From: Lingula anatina
Taxonomy: Eukaryota; Animalia; Brachiopoda
Direction of reading: 5' to 3'
Assembly: GCA_051362555.1 (NCBI GenBank)
Contig: CM120645.1
Location: 2,728,001 to 2,792,000 of the forward strand
DNA length: 64,000 bases
Under the pieces are notes generated by a model that did no database searches, had not been told where the DNA came from, and saw only the letters and a list, made by a program, of their open reading frames with translations. A program made the position numbers and the translations under genes. Below, piece by piece: positions 34,734-52,377 of this stretch (the first letter of the stretch is position 1; every line of letters begins with the position of its first letter).

Positions 34734-36322
34734 ATGAGCATGGTGGCCCTAAGACTGCTTCTTGTCGGAATTACTATGATATTTTTAGGTAAGTTTGGCA
34801 GAAACAAAATGCACAAGCCAAAAGTGGTACCGGTGTTTTAATATTGATACGTCGTAGAGCTGAAAAATGTTTTTGGCAATAATTTGATATACAGCATGAC
34901 ACAACATCATAACATTATTCGTCTGTGTGGTTATATATTTGTTTCTGAATTTGAAATTGTTCCTAAATGTCCTTTCAATCCGCTTTAGATTGAAAATTAT
35001 ATCTTAGTATATACCAGTTTACTAGTATTTCATTGTAACATCCATTTTATAATTGCAAATAATAATAATAATAATAATAATAATATTAATTGGTGTTGTT
35101 GGTATCTTTCCACGGCAGGTACAACACCATGTAGAGGTTGCACCCAGAATTTGGCCAAAGGCAAACCCGCATACCAAAGTTCCACCTACCTTAATACGTA
35201 CCATGCCAGTCGTGCTGTGGATGGTTACTATGACGACAACAACATACATGGGAGTTTTTCTTACACCAATGGTAGTCAGGGAGACTGGTGGCTGGTTGAC
35301 TTAGAAACCACTGCGAAGGTGGCCGGTGTTATCATAACAAACCGTGGCAATATCTTTTGTGAGTTTTGATTCTATATTTTGTAATCATTTTCAATTGATT
35401 TCCTCAAATAGTGACACTTTTTCAATTTTCAATCCGTGTGGCTACGTACCTTGTGCGATTTTTATCACTGGTCTGTTGTTTAATTTGCCGCAACATGTAG
35501 GCATATATGGCAAATTGTAGAGTCAAATTTAACAATTTTACTTTGTGTTTTCAGCTCAGTTGTCAGCTTTGTTTCTGTATAATTTCGAAGTGAGAGTCGG
35601 AACCTCATACGATGATAGTTCATCATTCAACCAGTACAAACTCTGCGCCAGTTACCCGGGGGTGGCACCTGTGGGGAACACGTCTCTGTCCTGTGGGTCA
35701 CCACTGAGAGGACGATATGTCCTGATCATTAAAGTTGGTAGTGACAACAGTCCCTTGCAGCTGTATGAAGTGGAGGTCCATGGTGAGTTCATGGGTTCAT
35801 CAAAACCACTTTTATAGCGGGACTTAAGTATTTCACGTTGTTAATTTGTTAATACAAGTACATGTATGTGTTTTAAAGGTTGAATTTTATAATTGATTTA
35901 ACGTCGACATAACCGGTCAATCAGGTACGTTTTTTATATAAGCTGTCAAGTCCCATAGTTGATTAATGTTTTTTTAAATTATTTTTATTTATTTGTTTTT
36001 TTATTTATTTATTTATTTATTTATTATTTATTATTATTATAATTTTTTTTTTTGTCTAGGGTTTAGAACATCAATGAAGTTTAAGCAGGTAGCAGCAGAT
36101 GCTCGCGCAACTCTTGTGCCCATATCCACGCTGAATGTCGGCAGCCTCATCGAATGCAGCAGCTCCTGTATGCAGCGCTGGGAGTGTGTGGCCATAAACG
36201 TGCTCTGTGCCGGAAATGACCAATGTGTCTGTGAACTGCTGCCCAGCACTGCCCAATCCGGCGACTTGCAGGCACGCACTGGATACAGATATTATGAAGA
36301 AAACTGCCCGGGTACAGAGTAG
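34734..36322 (+). CDS. Secreted F-type lectin (fucolectin) domain + PAN/apple-like domain protein, copy 1, non-canonical sugar site. Exons 34734-34788, 35119-35358, 35555 (or 35567)-35782, 36060-36322
   Basis: Signal peptide MSMVALRLLLVGITMIFLG; NLAKGKPAYQSST, ASRAVDG, WWLVDL, ITNRG, GRYVLI, LQLYEVEV; then SLIECSSSC...CVAINV...CELL. All introns phase 1; frame open. Confidence 0.88.
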
Positions 36323-38073
36323 GACGAGATGTCTAATTTCTGTAAATGAATCGCTTACAGAATACTCCGGGGAAGCATTCATGAGTTCGTTACGCATACA
36401 TGCACTCTTTACGTATTATCTACCATTGATGTTTAAAGGGATAATAACTATTCGTGTGAGATCTATATTTCACAACAAAAACTTTGTAAACAACTCGTAG
36501 AAATATGATATATTCTGTTTCATCACAAAAACGGCAGTTATGGCTATTATTCTGATATCTGAGCTTGTCATCGGACTACGTGACCTCCATAGATAGCTAC
36601 ATTCTGTAATAATCTCTTAAGAGATTATTACATGTCTTGGTTTTTCTGTTTATTTTGTTGGATGTTTTTTTAAGTATTATTTTTTTCTGTTTTCAGTATC
36701 ACTGATGACGAACAATTATGGTTTCTCTGTATAGAATGGAATGTGTTGTTTATTCATATTCCTTAAAATAAAAACAATTCTCTTATCACTTATTTTTCAA
36801 CAGTGCAACGTTTTCCGTTTTGAATTTGTTCTTAATGTCAAACACGTCACAAACGACGTCACTGAAATATACGTTCTATTACATGCTAATTATTGAAATT
36901 GGCCCAATCTTACTCCACTCCAACTCTACATCGAAATTTCTAATAAGATACCGAGCCAGTTAAAAAAGTATGTATGCACACTGAGTAATTTGTGAGCATA
37001 TTTCCATTGAACATGGACAACTGAATTTCCATGCTCTGACAGGAGTATTCAAGTGTCCAGGACTGGCCAGAAATGACCCCTGACCCGCAGTGAAACGTAC
37101 TCGTTACCTTGTGACCCGTTGACATATACGAAGTCGATCCCCTGTGGGAGAGGGTTCACGTTAGGTACATTTTAACCTACTAACTTCACGCTAACCCTAA
37201 ACTTTATTATATGTATATAAAATGAAGGGCAATGGCCTAGATATCAACAGATACATGTTGGTCAATAGGTCGAGAGAACTTTTACAGAATCTCAGCATCA
37301 ATTTACTGTCATTCGTTCATTATAAAGTCAGTTCTGTAATGCATAATAATTTTGAGTTGCAGACCTCCAAATAGTAGCCTCTATCATGTTAGAATTCGGA
37401 TCGATATCTTTGGCGGAATCTGAATCAATTCACTGTCACAGCATGAGTTATCAACATTGTTTCAAAAAAACATTCATCATCAACAGAAATGGTGAACTAC
37501 GGGAGCGTTTAGAATAAACTTGCCTCTGTCTCTGCGGGAATTATTGATAAAGTGCAGTCAATGTAATCAGTTTAATTGTCTGACACTCCTCCTCGACCAG
37601 GTAACGGGTAATTAAGTCTGTTTACCGTAATGGTTGAAGTTGAATGTCAATCCTAGAATAGGCTGGTAAGAACTATACACAGTTGCGTTTCACAAAAACC
37701 ATAGAGCAAAATTTGTTTGTCTTGACAATTTATTCATTTATCTATTTTTCATTTATTGTGGACCAGTGGTTCGTAAAACGGTCTTAGACCAATAATCTTA
37801 AAGCCGACTGTATGTAGTCGGCTATCCAGTCGGATAGCAGTCTAAGCGAGGTCGTTCATCTCGTATTTAATGTCTTTAATCCGTGCTCCTAGAGGAAGTT
37901 TTGATATTGTTCCTAACTTGAAATACATGAATATTAGAGTCCACCTTGTCTCCCCAGCATTTCTATTTTATTTTAGTTATAACTTTACACATGTAATTAC
38001 TTTTATCCCAGCTGGTCACATGATCGTCGCCTTTGTAATTATTGGTTTTGTTGCCCATTTTATTGATCACACA

Positions 38074-38916
38074 ATGTGTGGGATTTGGGCAATATTTGGC
38101 AGTGACGTTGATGTCTCAGGGCAGTGGAACAATTCCTTGAAGATCGCCCATCGTGGTCCTGATGCTTTCCGCATTGAAAATGTCAACCATCTAAAGAACT
38201 GCTGCATGGCCTTCTACCACCTGGCTGTTGTTGATGACACGTTTGGTATTCAGCCAATGAGGATCCATTCTTTACCACATTTGTGGATGATATATAATGG
38301 GGAGATATATAACTGCAAACTGGTAAGATACAACACGTATTACTTTCGCCAACAGTGATGGATTATCTGTATTCTGTTTGTTAATGGACAAGATATCTCA
38401 AAGGTTCTTTGCAAATTTACAAATAAAAGAAAATTTTAATATTCAGAATTGGGTGTTAGGCCTTTTCAGGAGGGTTAGTAGTAAAGCATTACAGTGTACA
38501 GTCAACCTGAGTTCCTTAATATATATCAGGATTTTTACTGCTTTTTAAGGTCATGGCGAAGTTGGAACTGAGCAATTGACGCTGTGGCGGTACGGATATG
38601 CTCCTTTCTGCATTCTTTAAATTTGTGTTTCTTTGTTTCTTTTCATATGACATCAAATTTATCTGATATATTTCCTTTAAGATCTAGAAACAGTTTGGCT
38701 TTGACTTTGAGACAAACAGTGACGGAGAGACCATCTTGCATCTGTACAACCATGGCGGCATAGAATTTGCCGCGCAGCACCGTGATGGGGTCTTTGCATT
38801 TGTTTTGCTTGATACGTTGAAGAGGAAAGTTTGCGTGGGCAGGGACACGTTTAGTGTACGTCCAGCGTTTCGTTTGGTAGAGGATGGTTTTCTGGCTGTT
38901 TGCTCTGAGTCAAAAG
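38074..38916 (+). pseudogene. ASNS: Truncated asparagine synthetase duplicate, coding exons 1-2 only (38074-38322, 38682-38916)
   Basis: MCGIWAIFG...HRGPD...NGEIYN present, but exon 2 starts ATC TAG (stop at 38685-38687; ATC CAG in the intact copy). Also LDG>RDG and FGVRP>FSVRP. No further exons before the duplication junction at 38972. Confidence 0.88.
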
Positions 38917-38941
38917 GTGCGAATTCTGCGCGCGTACGCGT

Positions 38942-38973
<32 letters not shown>

Positions 38974-39638
38974 CCTTATTTAGAGACAACCACCTTCCAA
39001 CGAATTACTTTATGAAGGTATAGTTAATATTTAGTTTCCTTTGAAAATAATGTGGTGATTTATATACTTTGCAAACGTGTGATGAAAGCTCGAATGGCTA
39101 TGTGAAAGGACGCACGGTCAACCTATCACTCATTTTTGAATTTAAAATAATTGATAATAAATAAAACATGGACGTGAAACAAAAATACATTAGGAAGCAA
39201 TTTGAAAAATTATTCTTTTTAACACCTTGACGATGTAAAGGGAATTTTATTGATTGTGATGGCTCACCTGAGAGAGAGAACGAGCCGGATCAGTTGCATA
39301 ATGATGAGTCGAAAATACATTAAAACAAATGCTATAATTGACACTGACAGAGCGAAAAGATGTTACAATAATATAGAGATGAATAAATGATAAGGTTCTA
39401 TTCCATGAGACATGCACATAGAAAACACACGGTTTCAGTTTTGTTTCCATCTATTAGATAACTGATGAATACAAGTCGCATTAGCGATCTTTTGAACTAA
39501 GCATCAACTGAACTTTTCTCCTAGGATATTCTGCAGTTACTCCATTCTTAGCAAATCACCAACAGGGGCGAGATTGGAGCGTTTTCTTGATTTGCCTGCC
39601 ATTGAAATCTGCTGGAATAACGATGATCGATGTCTGAA

Positions 39639-41179
39639 ATGAGCATGGTGGCCCTAAGACTGCTTCTTGTCGGAATTACTGTGATATTTTTAGGTAAGTT
39701 TGGCAGAAACAAAATGTACAAGCCACAAGCGGTGTTTTAATATTGATCTGCCGTAGAGTTGAAAATGTTTTTGGCAATAATTTGATATACAGCATGACAC
39801 AATATCATAATATTATTCATCCATGTGGTTATATATTTGTTTCTGACTTTGAAATTGTTCCTTAAAAGTCATTTCAATCCGCTTTAGATTGAAAATTATA
39901 TATTAGCATATACCAGTATACTAGTATTTCATTGTAACATCCATTTTATAGTTGAAAATAATAATAATAATAATAATTGATATCTTTCCACGGCAGGTAC
40001 AACACCATGCAGAGGTTGCACCCAGAATTTGGCCAAAGGCAAACCCACATACCAAAGTTCCACCTTCCAAAGTAAACACGGAATTTTGTTCCATGCCAGT
40101 CGTGCTGTGGATGGTAACTATGACGACAGAAACAAACATGGGAGTTGTTCCCACACCAATGGTAGTCAGGGAGCATGGTGGCTGGTGGACTTAGAAACCA
40201 CGGCGAAGGTGGCCGGTGTTATCATAACAAACCGTGGCGATGGCAATTGTGAGTTTTGATTCTATATTTTGTAATCATTTTCCATTTTTTTCTCAAATAG
40301 TGACACATTTTCAATCCGTGTGTCTACGTACCTTGTACGATTTTTATCACTGGTCTGTTGTTTAATTTGCCGCAACATGTAGGCATATATGGCAAATTGT
40401 AGAGTCAAATTTAACAATTTTCACTTTTTGTTTTCAGCTTATCGTCTGAATAATTTCGAAGTGAGAGCCGGAAACTCATTTGATGATAGTTCATCATTCA
40501 ACCAGTACAAACTCTGCGCCAGTTACCCGGGGGTGGCACCTGAGGGGAACACGTCTCTGTCCTGTGGGTCACCACTGACAGGACGATATGTCTTGATCAT
40601 CAAAGTTGGTAGTGACGAACATCCCTTGCAGCTTTGTGAAGTGGAGGTCCATGGTGAGTTCATGGGTCCATCAAAATCACTTTTACAGGCGGGCTTCAAG
40701 TATTTCACGTTGTTTATTTGTTAATACATGTACATGTATGTGTTTTAAAGGTTGAAAATACTACATGTAGTAGCTAAAATCTGTAAATCTGACACATTTT
40801 ATAATTGATATAACGTCGACAGAACCGGTCAATCAGGTACTTTTGATATAAGCTTTCAAGTCCCATTGTGAATTAATGTTTTTTATTTATTTATTTATTT
40901 TTTTTTTTTTGTCTAGGGTTTAGAAGATCAATGCAGTTCCAACAGGTAGCAGCAGATGCTCGCGCAACTCTTGTGCCTATATCCACGCTGAATGTCGGCA
41001 GCCTCATCGAATGCAGCATCTCCTGTATGAAACACTGGGAGTGTGCTGCCATAAACGTTCTCTGTGCTGGAAATGACCTATTTGTCTGTGAACTTCTGCC
41101 CAGCACTGCCCAATACGGAGACTTGCAGGCAGACACTGGATACAGATATTATGAAGACAAATGCCCGGGTACAGCGTAG
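39639..41179 (+). CDS. Secreted F-type lectin + PAN/apple-like domain protein, copy 2, canonical fucose-binding motif. Exons 39639-39693, 39997-40248, 40438-40653, 40917-41179
   Basis: Spliced sequence gives SCSH-X26-RGD-GNSY-R, an exact HX26RXDX4R motif, plus LQLCEVEV. Signal peptide and PAN-like exon as in copy 1. Confidence 0.92.
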
Positions 41180-43003
41180 GACGAGACTGTCTAATTACTG
41201 TGAATATATCGCTTACAGAATACTCCGGGGAAGCATTCATGAGTTCGTTACGCATACATGCACTCTTTAAGTATTATCCACCATTGATGTTTAAAGGGAT
41301 AATAACTCTTCGTGTGAGATCTATATTTCACAATAAAAACATTGTAAACAACTCATAGAAATATAATACATTCTGTTTTATCACAAAAACGGAAGTTCAG
41401 GCTATTATTCTGATTGAGCTTGTTATCAGACCACGTGACCTCCAAAGATGGCTGCACTCTGTAATAATCTCTTAAGAGATTATTACATGTCTTGGTTTTT
41501 CTGTTTGTTTTGTTGGTTGTTTTTTTTTTTGTTTTTTTTTTAGTATTATTTTTTTCTGTTATCAGTATCACTGATGACGAACAATCATGGTCTCTCTGTA
41601 TAGAATGGAATGTGCTGTTTATTCATATTCCTTAAAATAAAAACATTTCTCTTATCATTTATTTTTCAACAGTACAACTAAACGTTTTCCGTTTTGAATT
41701 TGTTCTTAATGTCAAACACGTCACAAACGACGTCTCTGAAACGTGTTTACGTTCTCAACAGCATATCGCTTGACAACGCAAACAAAAATCTTATACTTGT
41801 GCTATAATAATAAAACAGAAAACGGATCTGTAGTTTGTTCTGTAAATCGATCAGATTGACAAAGTCTCCATTTTATTTAATTTTTATTTTCACAAAATTA
41901 ACTGTATAAGATTTTAACCGTTTTGTTTTTATCATCACGGAAGATTAGTTCTACCCTGCAACATTCTTTGATTTATGTTTACTTTTAAACACAATACGTT
42001 TCTAAGGAAGCAAATAAGGGAAAAAGAATCCCGCTTTTACTTTTTCGTGTGATACCCCTCTTAAAAACAAATGAAGAGGACAACGTGCGGTGTGCATCCA
42101 TTGCGCCATCTATTAGAAATTGCCTTAACTGCGACATCTACCATATGCTTATTACTGGAATACGCCCAATCTTAATCTTCATCGTTGCTTCTAATATGAT
42201 ACCGAGCCTGTTACAAAAGAGAGTATGCAACATTGAGGTGAATAAGTTGTGCACATATTTCCACTGACCATGTTTAACTGGATTTCTATGCTTTGGCAGG
42301 AATATTAAAGTGTCGATGGCTGGCCGAAAATGACCCCTGACCTGTGGTGAAAAGTCACCTTTCGACCCGTTGTCATATAGACGGCGTCGATCCTTTGTGT
42401 GAGAGGGTTCGCCTTAGGTAGATTTAGACCCACTTGCGACACGCTTACCTTCACCTATATTATATATGAAGAGCAATGACCAAGATATTAATAGATACAA
42501 CTGTAGGTCAATAGGTCGAGAAAACTTTACATACTCTCGGCATAGATTTACTGCCACTCGTTCATTATTAGGTAAGTCCGTAGTGCATAGTAATTATTAG
42601 TTGCAGACCTCCAAAAATCAGCCTCAATGCGAGAAATTGGATCGATATCTTTGGCTGAATCTCTGAATCAATTCACTGTCACGATGCGAGTTATTAATAT
42701 TGTTTCAAAGTAACATTAATCTTCACTAGAAATGGTGAGGTAAGGGAGCGTTTAGAATAAACTTATTGTACCAGTAGATCTACATGGATTCTTGATAAAG
42801 TGCAGTTTAATTGTCTGACACTCCTCCTCGACCAGCTAAGGGGTAATTAAGTCTGTTTTACGTTATGATTGAAGTCGAATGTGGGTCCCATTTTTTCTAT
42901 TTTATTCTAGTTATAACTTTACACATGTAATTACTTTTATCCCAGTCACATGTTCTTCGTCTTTTTAATTATTGATTTTGTTGCCCATTTTATTGATCAC
43001 ACA

Positions 43004-47417
<4,414 letters not shown>

Positions 47418-47555
47418 ACTGTAACGGTACCCTTACATGTACACGTGTAGGCCAAGTAGCATACACATCCTGTATATGTATGATGTAAGTGTCGAAGTTG
47501 TGGCCCTGACACTGTAAGAAAGATAAACACTCTCATTCAAGCATGAGTATTACTG

Positions 47556-47715
47556 CAGGGGCGGATTTAGGCCGTCTTCTGGGTCTTCCGGAAGACGGTC
47601 AGATTTTCAAGTTACCATTGACGGGCATCTGTTTTATTCTGTCGGAAGACGGTCGGGGATGGCGCAATAAAGATAATTGGAAGACTGTCAGAAAATATCT
47701 CTGGATCCGCCACTG
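47556..47715. mobile_element. hAT-like MITE in the ASNS 3' region
   Basis: TIR caggggcggattta / tggatccgccactg; flanks tattactg and tattacaa resemble a degenerate 8-bp TSD. Confidence 0.65.
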
Positions 47716-48183
47716 TATTACAACAATTATATTTGTGGTTAAGTTCTTTATGACTACCTGAATATGCACATGGGTCTTTGTAACTGGCGTTAACACACTA
47801 ATTGCCTATTATTTATTACAATAAAATATTGATCTGTCTAACGTATCATTTACTGCACATCAACAATTCACAAAAGTCGTCAATATAAAATAGACCAATC
47901 ATAAGTCAGCCAGCTGTACATTCCACGCACGAGTTCTCAAATAAATCAAAACCCCAATGACGTGATAAAGCGTGCATGTTGTAGTCTCTAAAATTATGGC
48001 CCTCCTCAAGATCAGCCTAGATGTCAAAATGTAGTGATACTGCAGGTGATACTGCAGGTGCTTGCCATGGAATGTGGCACTGACGCTGTAACTTTGTCTA
48101 TTTTAATTGAACTGTAGACTTCTTGTTACACATGTATCTTTACATTTTACATTAAAATTCTAGTATGCACAACATTACATGTA

Positions 48184-49779
48184 TCAAGCATTTTTAATTT
48201 TTCTGGTGGGAAATGCCAAAAGCAGTTTAAGCACTTGCCATACGCCGATCAAACATATAAAGGTCCCGACAATGACCAGGCAGCATAACCCCATGACGAA
48301 AACAATGATATCAATCAGAAAATACTGGTACCATGTCAGTTTGTACTGAGGCTGAGAGTGGAGGAACAGAGTCCCGTTGTGACGTATGACGTAGTTTATC
48401 CAATACGACAACTCTTCATATCCCGTCCAGGGGGTATCTTGAAGAAGCACAGACATCTTTTGAGCGTTCTCTTTGTAAGATCTGTCCTTCAGAACTTTTT
48501 CGATGGCATTCTCTAAGTCGGTCTCGGTAAGGGTAAGGAACGAGACAGTCTCTCCCACCTTAGCGCGGTCGGTTAATTTTCGAGCATTCTGGTATTGGTC
48601 CCATAAGAGTGGCATGGCCACCACAGGTACGGCGTGGTATAGGGTCTCCCACGTGCTACTAACGCCACAGTGAGTGATAAACAGCTTGGTTGCCGGGTGG
48701 GCAAGGGCGTCGTTCTGTGGAATCCATTTCACAAGGTGAGTGTTGTTTCCAAGCGACCTCGGAGGGGGTCCTACGTAGCGCCATATTACCGTCTGAGAAA
48801 GTTTGGCAAATACTTTGGCGAAAATCTCCGCCTTGGCCTTCGGCAGAGTAGGGAATCCCGTACCAAAACTAACAATGATGACTCCATTTGTGGCAGATGT
48901 CATTATATCTTCAAACGGTTTAGAAAGCGGTTTTGGCGGGGTCCAGAGAAGACCGGGGATAGTCTGCACGTGCGGCATAATTGGACGCGGGTAGTCAAAG
49001 GCAAAGTGGGCGTGCGCAATAAGATGCATCGACACACGTTCGTGCGTGTACCTTAGGTGCGGCCAACTGGAATTTGGGAAATGTCTCAATTTTAAAACCT
49101 CAGCACGCGAAATGAATTCATCATACAAAAGGTTATCACTTATCATCATCCTTACGTTTTCTAGCCTCTCCCAAAATCCCATGTGGTCTGAAAAACGGCT
49201 GAGATAATGAGGGGTGTAAGCGTAAAAAGACGGTTGGTGAGTTATCAACCAATATTCCGTAAACCCTTGATAACTGAGGGAAATAGATGGAATTGCCAGA
49301 AACTGAGCTAATATAGCTGATGCCCCAAGATTTTCCCAGTCAAACAGTAAAAGTGAGTAGTTAGCCTCCTTCAGTTTTTGCAGGACGTGGCTGTCTTTAA
49401 AAAGAACGTCGCACAACCTAAGATCTTGTTCAAGAAGTTCCCGGAAACAAGTCACTGGATCTTTGCCAACTATATCCAGTGGTGTGGAAATTCCTTCTTC
49501 ATCATGTTCGACGACGCTTGAATTCGATAGCACGGGAAGCCTAAACACGGTTACCCCTGCCATGTCATGGGTTGATTTGTAATGGTTGGCAACAAGCAAG
49601 GTGACGTCATGTCCTTCATTTTGAGGCCTGGCAGCTATCCTTTCGAGGTGCACATTTCTGGAGTTAAAAACGATTGTAAAAGGAAACAGAAGAACCTTTG
49701 CGGAATCCGTACCTTCGAAACACACGAGCACCAGCAAAAAAAGTGCAAATATCGGTAGTGTACGCTTCTTGACAGCCAT
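48184..49779 (-). CDS. UDP-glucuronosyl/glycosyltransferase (GT1), intronless CDS, 531 aa
   Basis: Signal peptide, GHDVT, FDYPRPIMPH, IVSFGT, signature WIPQNDALAHPATKLFITHCGVSSTWETLYHAVPVVAMPLLWDQ, YWINYVIRHNG, WYQYFLIDI, C-terminal TM and KIKNA dilysine ER signal. Confidence 0.95.
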   Translation of the reverse strand: MAVKKRTLPIFALFLLVLVCFEGTDSAKVLLFPFTIVFNSRNVHLERIAARPQNEGHDVTLLVANHYKSTHDMAGVTVFRLPVLSNSSVVEHDEEGISTPLDIVGKDPVTCFRELLEQDLRLCDVLFKDSHVLQKLKEANYSLLLFDWENLGASAILAQFLAIPSISLSYQGFTEYWLITHQPSFYAYTPHYLSRFSDHMGFWERLENVRMMISDNLLYDEFISRAEVLKLRHFPNSSWPHLRYTHERVSMHLIAHAHFAFDYPRPIMPHVQTIPGLLWTPPKPLSKPFEDIMTSATNGVIIVSFGTGFPTLPKAKAEIFAKVFAKLSQTVIWRYVGPPPRSLGNNTHLVKWIPQNDALAHPATKLFITHCGVSSTWETLYHAVPVVAMPLLWDQYQNARKLTDRAKVGETVSFLTLTETDLENAIEKVLKDRSYKENAQKMSVLLQDTPWTGYEELSYWINYVIRHNGTLFLHSQPQYKLTWYQYFLIDIIVFVMGLCCLVIVGTFICLIGVWQVLKLLLAFPTRKIKNA

Positions 49780-52377
49780 ATCAGTTAATGCCAGGTCGGC
49801 GGACCCCTCGTCAATTTATACGTAGGCCTAGTGATCTGTTTGAGATAAAAGTCGCCTTTAAACGAATAACTGTCCAGTCGAAACAATTTTAGATTTTATC
49901 TTGAAATACTATGACTGGCACGTTTTCTCAGATACCAATCTCTCATTGAGCGCGAAGGGGGCTGTCTAATTATCGACCACAAATGTCCACAAACGTCCAC
50001 AAGCATAAAGTGGTGGGGAAACCAGTTAATATATACATACTTGGCATAAGAAGGTAAGTTGAGTTGGGTTGTGAAACAGCGTAAAGTGTTTTAATATATA
50101 GGCCTTCAAAGCGATAACAGAGAGAAAGTGGTTGTATCCACACGCGTCAACGAAGACAAAACGCCTTTGAAAGCCCGATCTAATGCCAGGTTTTTAGCAT
50201 CCACGTTTTCTTCACCTGAAAGTTGAAATAATATCTCACCCGGTTTCTTTTGTTTGCGAAGTTTCTGACACATGACAGACCGACATGACTTTGCACTCTG
50301 TTTAAGTTAAAGGTTTGTCCGAAAGAACCTCTTAATTATGGTTCTTAAATGTGTCTATCTAAATTCACAAAAATTACAAGAAACTTTAAACCCATTAAAA
50401 TGTAATGATAGCCAGTGTCAGATTTGATGTATAGGTACATCTCAAGGGAGATATTACTGTCATTATTATTATTATTATATTATTATTATTATTATTGAAA
50501 TGCATTAACAGCTGAAATTCAAGAGGAGGAATTTACTTCAAATAGTAGCTGTAATAGAAAATATATTTTCAAAGGGTATTAAATGAAAGTATTTTACAAA
50601 ATTAGCATACTTCAAACAACAGAAATCAAAGTTGGAAAAAGGCGTACAGTTTATGAAGCACAAATAGTAAAATAATGACAACAATCAGATGTCTCGTCTG
50701 CCGTCATTGTGAAGAACTCCGCATTATTCACCCTATTTACTATAATCAATTTTTTGTGTTATATTTTTACCGCTAAAGTTTATCGATAAAGTCAGTTGAA
50801 CAGACAAAATCTTGTCTGATGGAGAGGTTTTTTTTTTGCTTGCTAGGCTATCAATGGTAATTAGCTTTTGCTAGAAAAATTTTTTTTTAAAAATAATAAT
50901 AAAGAACTTAGAAATTTATATTTTCTGTCTCGGGTGCGAACAATTTTTTTTTTTTTTTGACTGAACATTGAATAGGTCCATTTCCAACTTCTACTCGTAG
51001 ACGAACATGAATTACATGACATTTTTCGCACCCTGATATCCCATTCTCCCCAGCATCCTTATTCTCACTTCGCTAATTCCCTACACCGTAAATACCTATG
51101 AAATTATCCCTATCCTAAACATAACCTTTAACTATTTTGCATATTAAAATTGGTTTTAAGTTGACACATAAAATATCTTCCCTCATATAATATCATTCAA
51201 ACAAAGTTGCGCAGTCGAAGCACATGCGCAAATGAAGAAATTTTTGCCTTTGTGAATGATTGGAAAACGTTTTCTTAAGGCTGAGTTAAGAGGTTTCAGG
51301 ATGGCATTAAAAGCGGATTTGAAGGTGGAAAGGAGACTTATAGTGAGAAATGACGACAGCAGTCTGGGAGCTTTCGACGTTTATTCACCGAGTACTTTTT
51401 CACGGAATCTGCAAGTATTTATACGCTATTTTCCCAAAGAATTTTACATTCTCATATTACAAAACGCTATTCAATATTTCCTAATTTAGTAATTTCAATG
51501 AGACTTGTTTTTAATTTAAAACATTTAAAATATTTTCCGAATTACTCATGCTTGGACCTTGTCCATCTCAAGTATGCATGAGTTTTACACGTGTTAGAAA
51601 CGTGCAAATCTATAGAAAAATTAACCAATCAGATCCAACTATATGTGACTTTGAAATGTTCCATCCTTTCTTACTTCGAGAACAATCTCTACACTTACTG
51701 ACACTTAAAGAAATTTACTTGCACTCATTAACTTCCTACACATTCGATTCTGTTTTAATTGTTTTGTAATTATCGAAAGTGTATGTCATTTGCTTTACAA
51801 CATACACCCCTTCTTCAAAAGAATTCGTCCTCGAATTCTAAAACTTTACAACACTTCTTTTTGGCTACAATCACATATATTTTTACCAGTCTCGCACTGT
51901 CACGATTCCCTAGCATATGGCTAAACTGTCGCATTCCGAATCTACACAATGTACAACACAATAAGCGTATATAGATATATAAATCCATGTAATTGGGTCG
52001 AAAGCAATCTAACTAATATAAGCCCATGCTCCCTTCTGTCGCTGCAGGAGAGGATGAAAATGTTTCTAAAATATATGCGTAACTGTCCGATTTCTGATCC
52101 ACTCTTTCCCATATGCAATAAAATTACATTATATCATCACTACTCTTTGAAAGTATGGCCATGTTTCGTCTGCGTGACAATAGTATTTCAGTCGCTTAAC
52201 ACAACTGCATCTGCATAGCACAATCAAATATTAAGCTGCATAAAGTTAGGTATAAATTTCTTCTAATCAAGCGGGTATAATAGGCCTATTGCTGATTATT
52301 CTAAAACATTTTTAAAGTCGGTTCTCTAGATTTTGTAAAAGGTGTCTAATACCATATTAAAATCTTTATTTTTACAT

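Noticed and set aside
48184-49779. Intronless UGT as a bacterial horizontal transfer
   Set aside because: It has the animal UGT layout: signal peptide, C-terminal TM and dilysine ER motif.
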